Below are positions 32,941-41,789 of a stretch of 64,000 bases of DNA, piece after piece. Each line of letters begins with the position of its first letter. Position 1 is the stretch's first letter. The position numbers were made by a program, and so were the translations under genes. This DNA is from Vicinamibacterales bacterium (GTDB lineage: Bacteria; Acidobacteriota; Vicinamibacteria; Vicinamibacterales; 2-12-FULL-66-21), in the NCBI GenBank assembly GCA_036257535.1, contig DATAFJ010000027.1, positions 20,636-84,635 on the forward strand. The letters run 5' to 3'. Under the pieces are notes generated by a model, which ran no database searches, was not told the DNA's origin, and saw nothing but the letters and a program-made list of their open reading frames with translations.

Positions 32941-35070
32941 ATGCCGAACCGGCTCGCCAGCGAGCGCAGCCCCTACCTCCTTCAGCACGCGCAAAACCCG
33001 GTCGACTGGTATCCATGGGGTGAAGAGGCGTTCGAGAAGGCGCGACGCGACGACAAGCCGATTTTTCTATCGGTCGGTTACTCGACGTGCCACTGGTGCC
33101 ACGTCATGGAGCACGAGTCGTTCGAGTCCGCAGACATCGCCGAACGGCTCAACCGGGACTTCGTGTCGATCAAGGTCGACCGCGAGGAGCGTCCGGATGT
33201 AGATCGCGTGTACATGACGTTCGTGCAGGCCACCACGGGCGCCGGCGGCTGGCCGATGAGCGTCTGGCTGACACCGTCGCTCAAGCCCTTCTACGGCGGC
33301 ACGTACTATCCGCCCACGTCGAGGTGGGGGCGTCCGGGGTTCAGCGATGTGCTGGATGAGCTCGCGCGCGTCTGGAAGGGCGATCGCGCGCGCGTCGATA
33401 CTGTAGCCGACGATCTGCTCGCGCGGATTCAGGAGGCGACCGCTAAGAGCGGCGTCAGAACGGCGAGCGAAGTGGCCGGCCCGGACGCGATTCCCGCAGG
33501 CGTGGAGCAGTTCAGGCGCGCTTTCGACACACGGTATGGCGGATTCGGAGACGCGCCGAAGTTCCCACGGCCGTCGGAGCTGCTGTTTCTGTTGAGGGCC
33601 GGCGCCACCGAGATGGCGCTCGAGACGTTGCGGGCGATGGCGCTCGGCGGCATGCGTGACCACGTGGGCGGCGGCTTTCATCGCTACTCGGTCGACGCCG
33701 CCTGGCGCGTACCGCACTTCGAAAAGATGCTGTACGACCAGGCGCAGCTCGTGCTCGCGTATCTCGAAGCGTCACAGGCGAGTCGCACAGCTGGAGGCGC
33801 CGAAGGAAGCGCGGGCTTCTACGCGACGGTCGCCGAAGACACGCTCGACTACGTGCTCCGTGATCTGACCGACGACGCCGGCGGCTTTTACTCCGCTGAG
33901 GATGCCGATAGCGTGCCGCCGGAGCTCAGTGCGCAGGGACCGGGCGCCCCCAAGTCCGAAGGCGCGTTCTATCTCTGGACCGATGATGAGATCGGCGCGC
34001 TGCTCGGTGACGCCGCCGACATCGTACGCAAGCGGTTCGGCATCCAGAAGGGCGGAAACGCGCCTCACGACCCGCAGGGCGAGTTCACCGGCAAGAACAT
34101 CCTCTACGTCGATCAACCGATTGAAGACATCGCCATCAGGACCGGTAAGACGGCGGATGAAGTGATGAACGTTCTCGTTCGTACGCGCCCGGTGCTCTTC
34201 AACGCACGCGAGGAGCGCCCGCGGCCGCACCTCGACGACAAGATCCTGACGGCCTGGAACGGGCTGATGATTGCCGCGATCGCCCGTGCGGCGCGGACGT
34301 TCGGCAACGATCGCTATCTCAATGCGGCGCGGACGGCAGCGCGTTTCATACGGGCTTTGCTCTGGCAGGCAGAAACGGGCGGCACGCACGGGCGGCTGCT
34401 GCGACGCTTTCGCGCCGGTGAAGCGGCCATCGAAGGCTACTGCGAGGACTACGCCTGCCTGGTCTGGGGGCTCCTCGAGCTCTTTCAGGCGGATGGCGAT
34501 CCCGACTGGCTCGAGTGGGCGATTGCCGTCCAGAACGCACAGGACGCGCTGTTCTGGGACGACGCGGATGCCGGCTGGTTTACAACGTCGGGCCGCGACC
34601 CGTCGGTCCTGCTTCGGCTCAAGGAGGAGCACGACGGCGCCGAGCCGTCGCCCGGATCGATCTCGACGCTGAATCTCATCGTACTCTCGCACCTCACCGG
34701 CCGCGGCGAGCTCGCCGATCGCGCCGGGCGAACGCTGGCGCGCTATGGGCGGCGGTTCGGCGAGGCGGCGCGCGCGCTGCCGTTCATGCTCGCCGCGCTT
34801 GCCACGTGGCACGCCGGCTTCGAGCAGATCGTGATCGTCGGACAGCCGGATGCGCCTGACACGAAGGCGATGCATGAGGCTGTTGCACATCAGTACCGTC
34901 CCTATGCCGTCGTCATTCCCGTGGAGCCCGGCAGCCGCCAGGAGTCGCTCGCCCGGTTGATACCGGCGATCGGCGCGATGACGCTCCGCGACGGCCGCGC
35001 CACAGTGTACGTGTGCCGCAACTTCACGTGTGACGAGCCTGTTACTGATCCCGCTCGTCTCAGGCGTTAG
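32941..35070 (+). CDS. Thioredoxin-domain protein of the YyaL/DUF255 (SSP411-like) family
   Basis: [52 protein letters not shown], then a long alpha/alpha-barrel-like C-terminal region. 709 aa. Confidence 0.9.
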   Translation: MPNRLASERSPYLLQHAQNPVDWYPWGEEAFEKARRDDKPIFLSVGYSTCHWCHVMEHESFESADIAERLNRDFVSIKVDREERPDVDRVYMTFVQATTGAGGWPMSVWLTPSLKPFYGGTYYPPTSRWGRPGFSDVLDELARVWKGDRARVDTVADDLLARIQEATAKSGVRTASEVAGPDAIPAGVEQFRRAFDTRYGGFGDAPKFPRPSELLFLLRAGATEMALETLRAMALGGMRDHVGGGFHRYSVDAAWRVPHFEKMLYDQAQLVLAYLEASQASRTAGGAEGSAGFYATVAEDTLDYVLRDLTDDAGGFYSAEDADSVPPELSAQGPGAPKSEGAFYLWTDDEIGALLGDAADIVRKRFGIQKGGNAPHDPQGEFTGKNILYVDQPIEDIAIRTGKTADEVMNVLVRTRPVLFNAREERPRPHLDDKILTAWNGLMIAAIARAARTFGNDRYLNAARTAARFIRALLWQAETGGTHGRLLRRFRAGEAAIEGYCEDYACLVWGLLELFQADGDPDWLEWAIAVQNAQDALFWDDADAGWFTTSGRDPSVLLRLKEEHDGAEPSPGSISTLNLIVLSHLTGRGELADRAGRTLARYGRRFGEAARALPFMLAALATWHAGFEQIVIVGQPDAPDTKAMHEAVAHQYRPYAVVIPVEPGSRQESLARLIPAIGAMTLRDGRATVYVCRNFTCDEPVTDPARLRR

Positions 35071-35093
35071 GCATTCGGCATTAGGCATTACAG
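35067..35093 (+). repeat. GGCATTN heptamer array filling a stop-to-start spacer
   Basis: TTAGGCA TTCGGCA TTAGGCA TTACAG then ATG. The stop TAG 35068-35070 is inside unit 1, and the next ATG is at 35094. Confidence 0.85.
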
Positions 35094-35834
35094 ATGACAG
35101 AGATCCTGCGTCTCGAGATCCCTCCTTCGAAGGGCAATCTGATTACCGCGGCGGCGGTGAAGACACTGCGCGGGTCGCTGGAGTCGGCGGCGTCGGCCTC
35201 CGGGCTGAAGCTGATCGCCCTCGAGGGGAAGGGGCCTGACTTCAGCTTCGGCGCCAGCGTGCCGGAGCATGCTCCCGGAGAGATCGATCGCGTTCTCCCG
35301 CAGATGCACCAGTTGATCTTCGATCTGCTGGATGCGCCTGCGCCGACGGCGGCGATCGTTCGAGGCCGATGTCTCGGCGGCGGCTTCGAGCTCGTGCTGG
35401 CATGCGACTTCATTTTTGCCGCCGAGGACGCCGTGCTGGGTCTGCCCGAGATCAAGCTCGGCGTCTTTCCTCCCGCCGGCGCGGCGCTTCTCCCGCCGCG
35501 CGTCGGCGCCTCGCGGGCGAGCCGCGCGATCCTGACCGGCGAGACGCGGCCGGCCGCGGAGTGGCATGCCGCCGGCCTCATCACCCTCGTCGCGCCCGCG
35601 GCGCGCCTGGCCGCGGAGTTCGAGCGCTGGTTTCACACGCACATCCGGCCGCACTCGGCAGCCGCACTTCGCTACGCCGCGAAAGCGGCGAGGCTCCCGC
35701 TGCGCGAGGAAGTGTCGCGGACCCTTCCCGCGCTCGAACGGCTATACTTGGACCACCTCATGCGTACTGCGGATGCCGCCGAAGGCGTTGCGGCCTTCAC
35801 CGAAAAGCGCGCGCCGCGCTGGACCAACACGTAG
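35094..35834 (+). CDS. Enoyl-CoA hydratase/isomerase family protein (dienoyl-CoA hydratase-like)
   Basis: KGPDFSFGASV, RGRCLGGGFELVLACDF, GLPEIKLGVFPPAG, and C-terminal EGVAAFTEKRAPRW. Confidence 0.85.
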   Translation: MTEILRLEIPPSKGNLITAAAVKTLRGSLESAASASGLKLIALEGKGPDFSFGASVPEHAPGEIDRVLPQMHQLIFDLLDAPAPTAAIVRGRCLGGGFELVLACDFIFAAEDAVLGLPEIKLGVFPPAGAALLPPRVGASRASRAILTGETRPAAEWHAAGLITLVAPAARLAAEFERWFHTHIRPHSAAALRYAAKAARLPLREEVSRTLPALERLYLDHLMRTADAAEGVAAFTEKRAPRWTNT

Positions 35835-36214
35835 TGCCTGCAACCGACTTCGACATCGAGATCGTGCTGCGCGAGAGCGATCGAGCGGTTACGGAGCGGG
35901 CATCCCATCCCGTGGCGGCGGCCGCATGGGATGACGCCGACGTTCGCGATGTGCTCAAGATGATCCTCGAGGCGATCGATCGCGCGAAGCATCCGAACGG
36001 TCCGGAGCGGCCGGCCAGCCTGCGCGGCTTTTCGTGGATCGTCGAACCTTTCGAGTCCGCTCAGGGCAAGCCCTCGAACCGTCAGGTCGTCATTGCCATC
36101 GAGATCCCGATGGGTGCCGCGGTCGCGGGCCCGTTCGATATTGCGCAGGATCGGCTCACCGCGATGATCGGCCGCGCCATCGCTCACTCCGCCGCCTCAG
36201 ATCGCGTTCATTGA
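35834..36214 (+). CDS. Hypothetical protein (126 aa)
   Basis: Frame of ORF 35369..36214. GTG 35834 overlaps the upstream TAG by 1 nt. High GC3. No domain recognised. Confidence 0.5.
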   Translation: MPATDFDIEIVLRESDRAVTERASHPVAAAAWDDADVRDVLKMILEAIDRAKHPNGPERPASLRGFSWIVEPFESAQGKPSNRQVVIAIEIPMGAAVAGPFDIAQDRLTAMIGRAIAHSAASDRVH

Positions 36215-36242
36215 TTCGTAAACCGCCACCAAGGAGGACTAC

Positions 36243-37139
36243 GTGAGATCCGCACTGATGGCCGCGGTGGTGCTGTCGGCCGCATCGGTCGCCGCGCAGC
36301 AGGAGGACTTCAGCAAGGTGGAGATCAAGCCGACGAAGCTTGCCGATGGCCTCTACATGTTGACGGGCGCCGGCGGCAACATCGGCCTGTCGGTGGGCGA
36401 CGATGCGGTGTTTCTGGTCGACGATCAGTACGCGCCGCTCACGGAGCGGATCAAGGCGGCGATCGCGGCCATCACGGACAAGCCGGTCCGGTTCGTCCTC
36501 AACACGCACTGGCACTTCGATCATACGGGCGGCAACGAAAATCTCGGCCAGGCCGGGGCTCTCATCGTTGCGCACGACAACGTGCGGAAGCGGATGAGCG
36601 TCGAGCAGTTCATCAAGGACTTCAACATGAAGATCCCGGCGTCGCCGAAGGCGGCGCTGCCGATCATCACGTTCTCCGAGACCACGACGTTTCACCTGAA
36701 CGGCGAGGAGATTCAGGCGGTCCACGTGCCGCCCGCGCACACCGACGGCGACAGTCTCGTCCACTATCGCAAGGCGAACGTCCTTCACATGGGAGACACG
36801 TTCTTCAACGGGGCCTATCCGTTCTTCGACATGTCGAGCGGCGGGTCCATCGAAGGCATGATCGGCGCGGCGGAGAAAGCGCTGAGCCTTGCGAACGCCT
36901 CGACGAAGATCATTCCAGGCCATGGTCCGCTCGCGGATCGGAAGGCGCTCGAGGTGTACCTCACGGTGCTCAAGACGTCGCGCGACCGCATCGGGACCCT
37001 CGTGAGTGCCGGCAAGAGCGCCGACGAAGTCATCGCGGCCAGGCCGCTCGCGGAGTACGACGCCACCTGGGGGAAGGGGTTCATCCAGTCGGATCAGTTC
37101 GTTCGACTGGTGCACGCGAGCCTGAGCGGTCAGCGTTAG
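36243..37139 (+). CDS. Secreted MBL-fold metallo-hydrolase
   Basis: GTG 36243 after AAGGAGGA. Signal MRSALMAAVVLSAASVAAQ. Metal motif LNTHWHFDHTGGN, and later GHG. Confidence 0.9.
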   Translation: MRSALMAAVVLSAASVAAQQEDFSKVEIKPTKLADGLYMLTGAGGNIGLSVGDDAVFLVDDQYAPLTERIKAAIAAITDKPVRFVLNTHWHFDHTGGNENLGQAGALIVAHDNVRKRMSVEQFIKDFNMKIPASPKAALPIITFSETTTFHLNGEEIQAVHVPPAHTDGDSLVHYRKANVLHMGDTFFNGAYPFFDMSSGGSIEGMIGAAEKALSLANASTKIIPGHGPLADRKALEVYLTVLKTSRDRIGTLVSAGKSADEVIAARPLAEYDATWGKGFIQSDQFVRLVHASLSGQR

Positions 37140-37261
37140 ACGGCGCGCAGAATTGTCATCACCGGCCGCCGCCGGCACGACGTAAGGCGCGGTCCTTCAA
37201 CTACATAGGGATTGGCCCGGCCTTCGCAAGGGATCGTCCGCTTCCCCCTGCGAGGCCGGAG

Positions 37262-37939
37262 ATGACACCAAAGCTCCGTCGCCTTCTTCGCCTGGCGGCC
37301 GCCGCTGCGGTCGCCCTTCCGGTGTCGGTTCATGCGGGCCAACAGGAGACCCGCGCCCGCGCGCATCGGACTCTGGACGGTCCGCTCACCGGGCCGTCGT
37401 CGAAGCCCGCCGCCGTCATCGCGCGCGAGTTCATCGAGGGCAATCCGTCCCTTCTCGGTCTTACGCGTGACGACGTCGCGACGCTGACGTTGGCGCGCAA
37501 CCACGCGAGCCGAAGCGACTCGTTGAGGCATCTCTACTTCACGCAGTCCGTCGACGGCATCGAGGTCTTCGACGCGACGGTCGGTGTGCACGTGGACGCC
37601 GTGGGACGCATCCAGTGGATCACGAGCAGCGCCCGGCGAATCACGAATCGCGACATCATTCCTGCGATCAACGACGATGTCGCCGTCCGGGTTGCGGTAG
37701 GCGAGATTGAACCCGACGCACCGTTCAAGGCTCGGCGACTCACACAGGGTCGCGGCCGTGAGCGCCGCGCCCGCTGGACCCGCGGCCAGTCCAAGCGCGA
37801 CATCGAGGCTCGGCTCGTATACGTACCCACCGGCGATCGACTCGAGCTTGGCTGGCAGGTATCGACGCTGGATGCGGATGGACAGGCGCACGAAGTCGTC
37901 GTTTCGGCAAACGCGGGAACCCTGGTCGCGCACCGATAG
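37262..37939 (+). CDS. Propeptide-only (FTP + PepSY-like) fragment of an M36/M4-type secreted metalloprotease, or a stand-alone propeptide-like protein
   Basis: Signal LRLAAAAAVALPVSVHA. HLYFTQSVDGIEVFDATVGVHVDAVGRI is FTP-like. ARLVYVPTGDRLELGWQVSTLDADGQAHEVVVSANAGTLV is PepSY-like. The ORF stops right after this and no catalytic HExxH domain follows. Confidence 0.65.
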   Translation: MTPKLRRLLRLAAAAAVALPVSVHAGQQETRARAHRTLDGPLTGPSSKPAAVIAREFIEGNPSLLGLTRDDVATLTLARNHASRSDSLRHLYFTQSVDGIEVFDATVGVHVDAVGRIQWITSSARRITNRDIIPAINDDVAVRVAVGEIEPDAPFKARRLTQGRGRERRARWTRGQSKRDIEARLVYVPTGDRLELGWQVSTLDADGQAHEVVVSANAGTLVAHR

Positions 37940-38092
37940 CGCTCTGGTCAGCACACCTCATCCGGCAAATTCGGAATTCCGAGAGTCTGACTCCCGGGTC
38001 GAGTTTCTGGTCGCCATGCCATGCGCGGCCGTAGTGTAAGCTCAGTGGCTGATGGCTGAATCCACCCGCGGACTACAGACACGGAGTAGCAC

Positions 38093-38248
38093 GTGAGCAA
38101 CAGTAGCACCGCAGCGGGCTCAGGAATCGGATTCGGCTGTGCGCTGGCGATTGCTATCTCCTGGAGCCAGCACCAGTCGATCGTGTGGGCGATCATCCAC
38201 GGCATCTTTTCGTGGTTGTACGTTCTTTATTACGCCGTCACGCGATGA
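38093..38248 (+). CDS. Small hydrophobic protein (51 aa), below the ORF-track size cut-off
   Basis: GTG 38093, 6 nt after GGAG. My translation: MSNSSTAAGSGIGFGCALAIAISWSQHQSIVWAIIHGIFSWLYVLYYAVTR, two predicted TM helices. TGA at 38246-38248. Confidence 0.4.
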   Translation: MSNSSTAAGSGIGFGCALAIAISWSQHQSIVWAIIHGIFSWLYVLYYAVTR

Positions 38249-38317
38249 TTGACGCGAGCTTCATGCAATCGTTAGCCTGATGAATCGTCTGTCGAGAAAT
38301 CCCAGTAAGTACCTTAT

Positions 38318-38401
38318 GCCGGGGTGGCGGAACTGGCAGACGCACAGGACTTAAAATCCTGGGGCCGACAGGCCGTGTGGGTTCGATCCCCACCCCCGGC
38401 A
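38318..38401 (+). tRNA. tRNA-Leu (anticodon UAA)
   Basis: Manual cloverleaf. Acceptor GCCGGGG/CCCCGGC with discriminator A. D-stem GCG/CGC. Anticodon stem CAGGA/TCCTG with loop CTTAAAA (anticodon TAA). Long variable arm GGCC..GGCC. T-arm GTGGG TTCGATC CCCAC. No encoded CCA. Confidence 0.93.
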
Positions 38402-38412
38402 CGACGTCTCCG

Positions 38413-38814
38413 ATGCCGATCCATTCACACGACGAGATCGCCGCGGCCACCATGAAATGGGCCGAAAGGCTGGCGCAGAACGACCCGGACACGATCGTCC
38501 TGCTCTATGCCAGGGATGCCGTTCTCTGGGGTACGCTTGCGCCGACGCTGGCCGCCGATCGAGCAGCGGTTCGCGAGTATTTCGTGACCGCCTTCAGGCT
38601 CTTGCCCAGGCTCAAGGTGGACTTAGGCGAGCACCTGATCCACGTGTACGGCAGCACCGCTGTCAACACGGGCTACTACACGTTCACGTACTTCAAGGAC
38701 GGTGAGATCAGAACCTTGCCGGCGCGATACAGCTTTACCTTCGTCAAGGAAGGTGAAAACTGGATGATCGTGGCCCATCATTCATCGGCGATGCCCGCCC
38801 TTTCCCCATCCTGA
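38413..38814 (+). CDS. SnoaL/DUF4440-like (NTF2-fold) protein
   Basis: Frame of ORF 38377..38814, ATG 38413. DEIAAATMKWAERLAQNDPDTIVLLYARDAVLWGT...GENWMIVAHHSS matches the DUF4440/CaMKII-association-domain pattern. Confidence 0.75.
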   Translation: MPIHSHDEIAAATMKWAERLAQNDPDTIVLLYARDAVLWGTLAPTLAADRAAVREYFVTAFRLLPRLKVDLGEHLIHVYGSTAVNTGYYTFTYFKDGEIRTLPARYSFTFVKEGENWMIVAHHSSAMPALSPS

Positions 38815-38859
38815 CCCCGTCTATTGGTCAGGTGCCCTCCGTCCGACACCTCATATGGC

Positions 38860-39519
38860 ATGTTGTGGTTCTACCGCCGCGCGGAGGAGCAGATCGCCTG
38901 CGAAATCCGCATCGCTTTCGACGGGCGGGCCTACGAGCTGCACATCCTGCAGCCGGACGGGACCCGCACCGTCGAGCGCTACGCCGACGTCACGGCCGCG
39001 CTCAGGCGCGAGCACGAGCTCGAACGGACCTGGAAAGCGCAGGGCTGGCGCGAGCTCAACGAGATGACATCTGATTCGCTCGCGAAACGAGCAGAAACGC
39101 CCGACGAATCGCCCACGCCCCGATCGACCCGGCACCCCGGCGCCGTTGTGCTGCTCGTCGAAGACGACCCGAATACGCGTACCGGTTATACCGAATGCCT
39201 CGCCTCTCAGGGCTTCGTCGTCGAGGCGGCGGCGAACGGCACCGACGCGCTGGCTGCGGCAAACCGCCGGCGGCCGGATGCGGTGGTGGCCGACATCTAC
39301 CTTCCAGATTTCGACGGGCTCGAGGTGACGCGCTGCCTGAGGGAAAACCCGGAGACGCAGCGGGCGCCGGTCATCGGCCTGACAGGCCAGTGGGATATCG
39401 AGATCACGAAGCGTGCCCACGCCGCCGGGATGATCGCGCTTCTCCTCAAGCCGGTTGCGCCCGCGCACCTGCTTGCCGAGATCGATCACGCGCTCGACGA
39501 ACTGTCGGCGCGGCCGTAG
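38860..39519 (+). CDS. Response regulator receiver with an unrecognised ~75-aa N-terminal domain
   Basis: ATG 38860: MLWFYRRAEEQIACEIRIAFDGRAYELHILQPDGTRTVERYADVTAAL..., a linker, then the receiver (VVLLVEDD, AVVADIYLPDFDGLEV, VIGLTG, LLKPVAPAHLL). Confidence 0.8.
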   Translation: MLWFYRRAEEQIACEIRIAFDGRAYELHILQPDGTRTVERYADVTAALRREHELERTWKAQGWRELNEMTSDSLAKRAETPDESPTPRSTRHPGAVVLLVEDDPNTRTGYTECLASQGFVVEAAANGTDALAAANRRRPDAVVADIYLPDFDGLEVTRCLRENPETQRAPVIGLTGQWDIEITKRAHAAGMIALLLKPVAPAHLLAEIDHALDELSARP

Positions 39520-39915
39520 CTAGCTCGTGTCGCTCAGCCCGCAGTTGCGCAGGATCGCTTCAATCAGAGCGTCCGACGCGAACGGCTTCGTCAGGCAGTC
39601 CGCGACGCCGAGCTGTTTCGCCACTGCGCGCGCGCCCGGCATCCCCGAAACGCAGACGATTGGAACGGGTGGGAACTCGGGGTCCGCCTGCGCGGCGTGC
39701 ACGAATCCGGCGCCATCCAGGAAAGGCATCGCGAGGTCGAGCACGACGACGCAGGGACGCTGGCGGCGGAGCTGCTCGAGGGCTTCGAGTCCGTTTTCGG
39801 CCGTGACCACGCGAAAGCCTGCGCTCGTCAGGGTCGCGACGAGTAGACCGCGCATGTCGGCGTCATCTTCAACGACGAGGACTGGGCCGGAGACGGTCCG
39901 TACAGACGGCTTCAT
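39520..39915 (-). CDS. Stand-alone CheY-like response regulator receiver
   Basis: VLVVEDDADMR, VVVLDLAMPFLDGAGF, IVCVSG, LTKPFASDALI. ATG 39915 (tracked GTG 39918). Its stop CTA directly abuts the TAG of the convergent receiver gene. Confidence 0.85.
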   Translation of the reverse strand: MKPSVRTVSGPVLVVEDDADMRGLLVATLTSAGFRVVTAENGLEALEQLRRQRPCVVVLDLAMPFLDGAGFVHAAQADPEFPPVPIVCVSGMPGARAVAKQLGVADCLTKPFASDALIEAILRNCGLSDTS

Positions 39916-40031
39916 CACGCGCGCGAACGCCCGACGCGAACACCGGACATGCCCTTGCGCGGATTTTATATCCGTACGGTGTCGAACCTATCTCAACCAT
40001 GCGAACCGCTTTGACGGGTCACGTGTGACCG

Positions 40032-40340
40032 CTACGGAAAGATCGAGCAGGGCCACTCCTGCACAACTGACACCGAGCTCACGTTGAGCCAGACACGCGC
40101 CTGAGGCCGCGAGCCGGGAACCCATGGCGCGCGCGGATCCGGCTCGAAGCGAATCCACGGACCCTCGCGCGAGAGGACCTTCACCAGATCGAAGCCTTCC
40201 TCCCCAACGCGAAACACCCGGTAGCATGACCCCGATTGCCAGGGCTCGCCGGCCGGTTCCTGCTGGGCGCCCGAGCGGACGGTTCCAATGACGAGCCCGG
40301 AAAGGCCGAGAGCGGCCAGAAGAAGGATGCTTCTCTTCAT
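40032..40340 (-). CDS. Small secreted hypothetical protein (102 aa)
   Basis: ATG 40340 preceded by GGAGGATAG. Signal peptide MKRSILLLAALGLSGLVIGTVRSGAQ. Confidence 0.55.
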   Translation of the reverse strand: MKRSILLLAALGLSGLVIGTVRSGAQQEPAGEPWQSGSCYRVFRVGEEGFDLVKVLSREGPWIRFEPDPRAPWVPGSRPQARVWLNVSSVSVVQEWPCSIFP

Positions 40341-40381
40341 CTATCCTCCACAAACTCAACTGAAGTACTCTCAAGTCTCCT

Positions 40382-40924
40382 ATGCAGGCGTTGATCCCGT
40401 CGATAGCCGGCGCGCTCCTGCTCGGCGCCGCCAACACCCTGGGCGACTTCATCTGGGCGTCGCTGGACCTGCGGCATCGAACCGCCTTCGGCGTGGCGCA
40501 CGGATCGCTGCTGCTTTTGTGCCTCGGCCTTTTTCTCGGCGTGCTGGTCGGACGTCCGCTGGTTGGCGCGATTGGCGGGATCGTCGGCGGCATCCTGGCC
40601 GCCGCGGCGTTCTACGTTCTGGCGCCGTTGATGGGAATGGCGGCGATGTTCGCCGCGTGGATGGCGCTCTGGATTCTGGTCGCGTTGCTCGACGGCGTCA
40701 TTCTACGCCGCGAGCCGGCCGGCCCGGCGCTGGTGCGCGGTGTGTCGGCAGCCGTTCTCTCCGGCGTCGCGTTCTTCGCGGTTTCGGGCATCTGGCTGCA
40801 GCCGCCGCCGGACGGGCCGAACTACCTGACGAATTTCGTGAGCTGGACGATTGCGTTCTTCCCGGGTTTCCTGGCGCTGCTGGCGGGGCGAGGCGCGAAA
40901 AAGGGGACAGTCACCTTTTCCTGA
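40382..40924 (+). CDS. Hypothetical polytopic membrane protein (180 aa)
   Basis: ATG 40382. Five or six glycine/alanine-rich hydrophobic helices. No family recognised. Confidence 0.6.
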   Translation: MQALIPSIAGALLLGAANTLGDFIWASLDLRHRTAFGVAHGSLLLLCLGLFLGVLVGRPLVGAIGGIVGGILAAAAFYVLAPLMGMAAMFAAWMALWILVALLDGVILRREPAGPALVRGVSAAVLSGVAFFAVSGIWLQPPPDGPNYLTNFVSWTIAFFPGFLALLAGRGAKKGTVTFS

Positions 40925-40960
40925 ACTGGTACTCCCGGAAAGGTGACAGTCCCCCTTTTC
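40897..40960. terminator. Bidirectional intrinsic terminator between convergent genes
   Basis: GAAAAAGGGGACAGTCACCTTTTCC (40897-40921) pairs with GGAAAGGTGACAGTCCCCCTTTTC (40937-40960). The stem is ~22 bp with one central mismatch and a bulge, and the loop is 15 nt. An A-tract precedes and a T-tract follows, so each strand sees hairpin plus U-run. Confidence 0.7.
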
Positions 40961-41737
40961 TCAACGCTGCTTCGTCTTGTATCCCGCGGGAACCTCGAAC
41001 AGCGAATCGGCAATCGCATCCGACGACACCGAGACCACCTCCGTCAGCATCGTCATGCCGCCCATCTTGTTCATCATCGCGGCCATCGGTCCCGCCCCTT
41101 CGAACTTCATCGTGAGCTCGCTCGAGTAAGGAAGGCCCCTGGCCGCCATCTCCTGATAGAGCTTCGCCATGCCCTTGGCCTGGCCCGGCTGCGCCTTCAC
41201 CTGGCGCGGGTCTCCGAAGAAGAGGCCCTTCTCGGCGGCAGTCCTGTAGAACGCCTGGTAGTCGGCGGCGCCGGGAGCGTCCTTCACGAGGCAGGCGGGG
41301 CCGGCCATGGTGACGGTCAGGCCGTCGCTTCCCATCTGCATCGGAACGCTGATTGACATGTGGTGGACGGTGCAGCTCTTCCCGGCGATCTGCCGCGTCT
41401 CGCTGGTCGGCGTGACCGTCGCGGAGATGTCGCCGGACGAGATCTTGGCCATGTCGGCGGCGAGTTTGGTCATGTCGATGATCTCGGCTTCCTTCTTCCG
41501 ATGATCCACGGAGATCATCCGCTGGGCGTCGGCGTCGATGATCGTCGACAGCTCGTTGTCGCCCCGCTTCTGATCGATCCGCATCTTCGTGCCCTTGATG
41601 TACTGCACGCTGTCGCCCGATGCCATGCTGGCGATGCCGCCCTTGCCGGTCACCTTCTGATTCACCGTGACGTCCGCAGCCGCAGGCGCCGCGAGGACAG
41701 CTGTCAGGGCGAGCGCGGTTCCGAGTCGAACAATCAT
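40961..41737 (-). CDS. Secreted DUF4412-like protein
   Basis: Frame of ORF 40961..42061. ATG 41737 after GGAGGAAC gives the signal MIVRLGTALALTAVLAAPAAA. Met-rich C-terminal region (GPMAAMMNKMGGMTML). The upstream 108 tracked codons look non-coding. Confidence 0.65.
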   Translation of the reverse strand: MIVRLGTALALTAVLAAPAAADVTVNQKVTGKGGIASMASGDSVQYIKGTKMRIDQKRGDNELSTIIDADAQRMISVDHRKKEAEIIDMTKLAADMAKISSGDISATVTPTSETRQIAGKSCTVHHMSISVPMQMGSDGLTVTMAGPACLVKDAPGAADYQAFYRTAAEKGLFFGDPRQVKAQPGQAKGMAKLYQEMAARGLPYSSELTMKFEGAGPMAAMMNKMGGMTMLTEVVSVSSDAIADSLFEVPAGYKTKQR

Positions 41738-41789
41738 GCGGGTTCCTCCAAGGGCTGGGGAAGCAGACAAGCTATTGTAAGGTACGGCC

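Noticed and set aside
37940-39918. Integrated mobile element or genomic islet at tRNA-Leu
   Set aside because: I found no integrase, recombinase, transposase or phage genes, and no direct repeat of the tRNA 3' end. Only a local GC dip and a truncated-looking gene support the idea.
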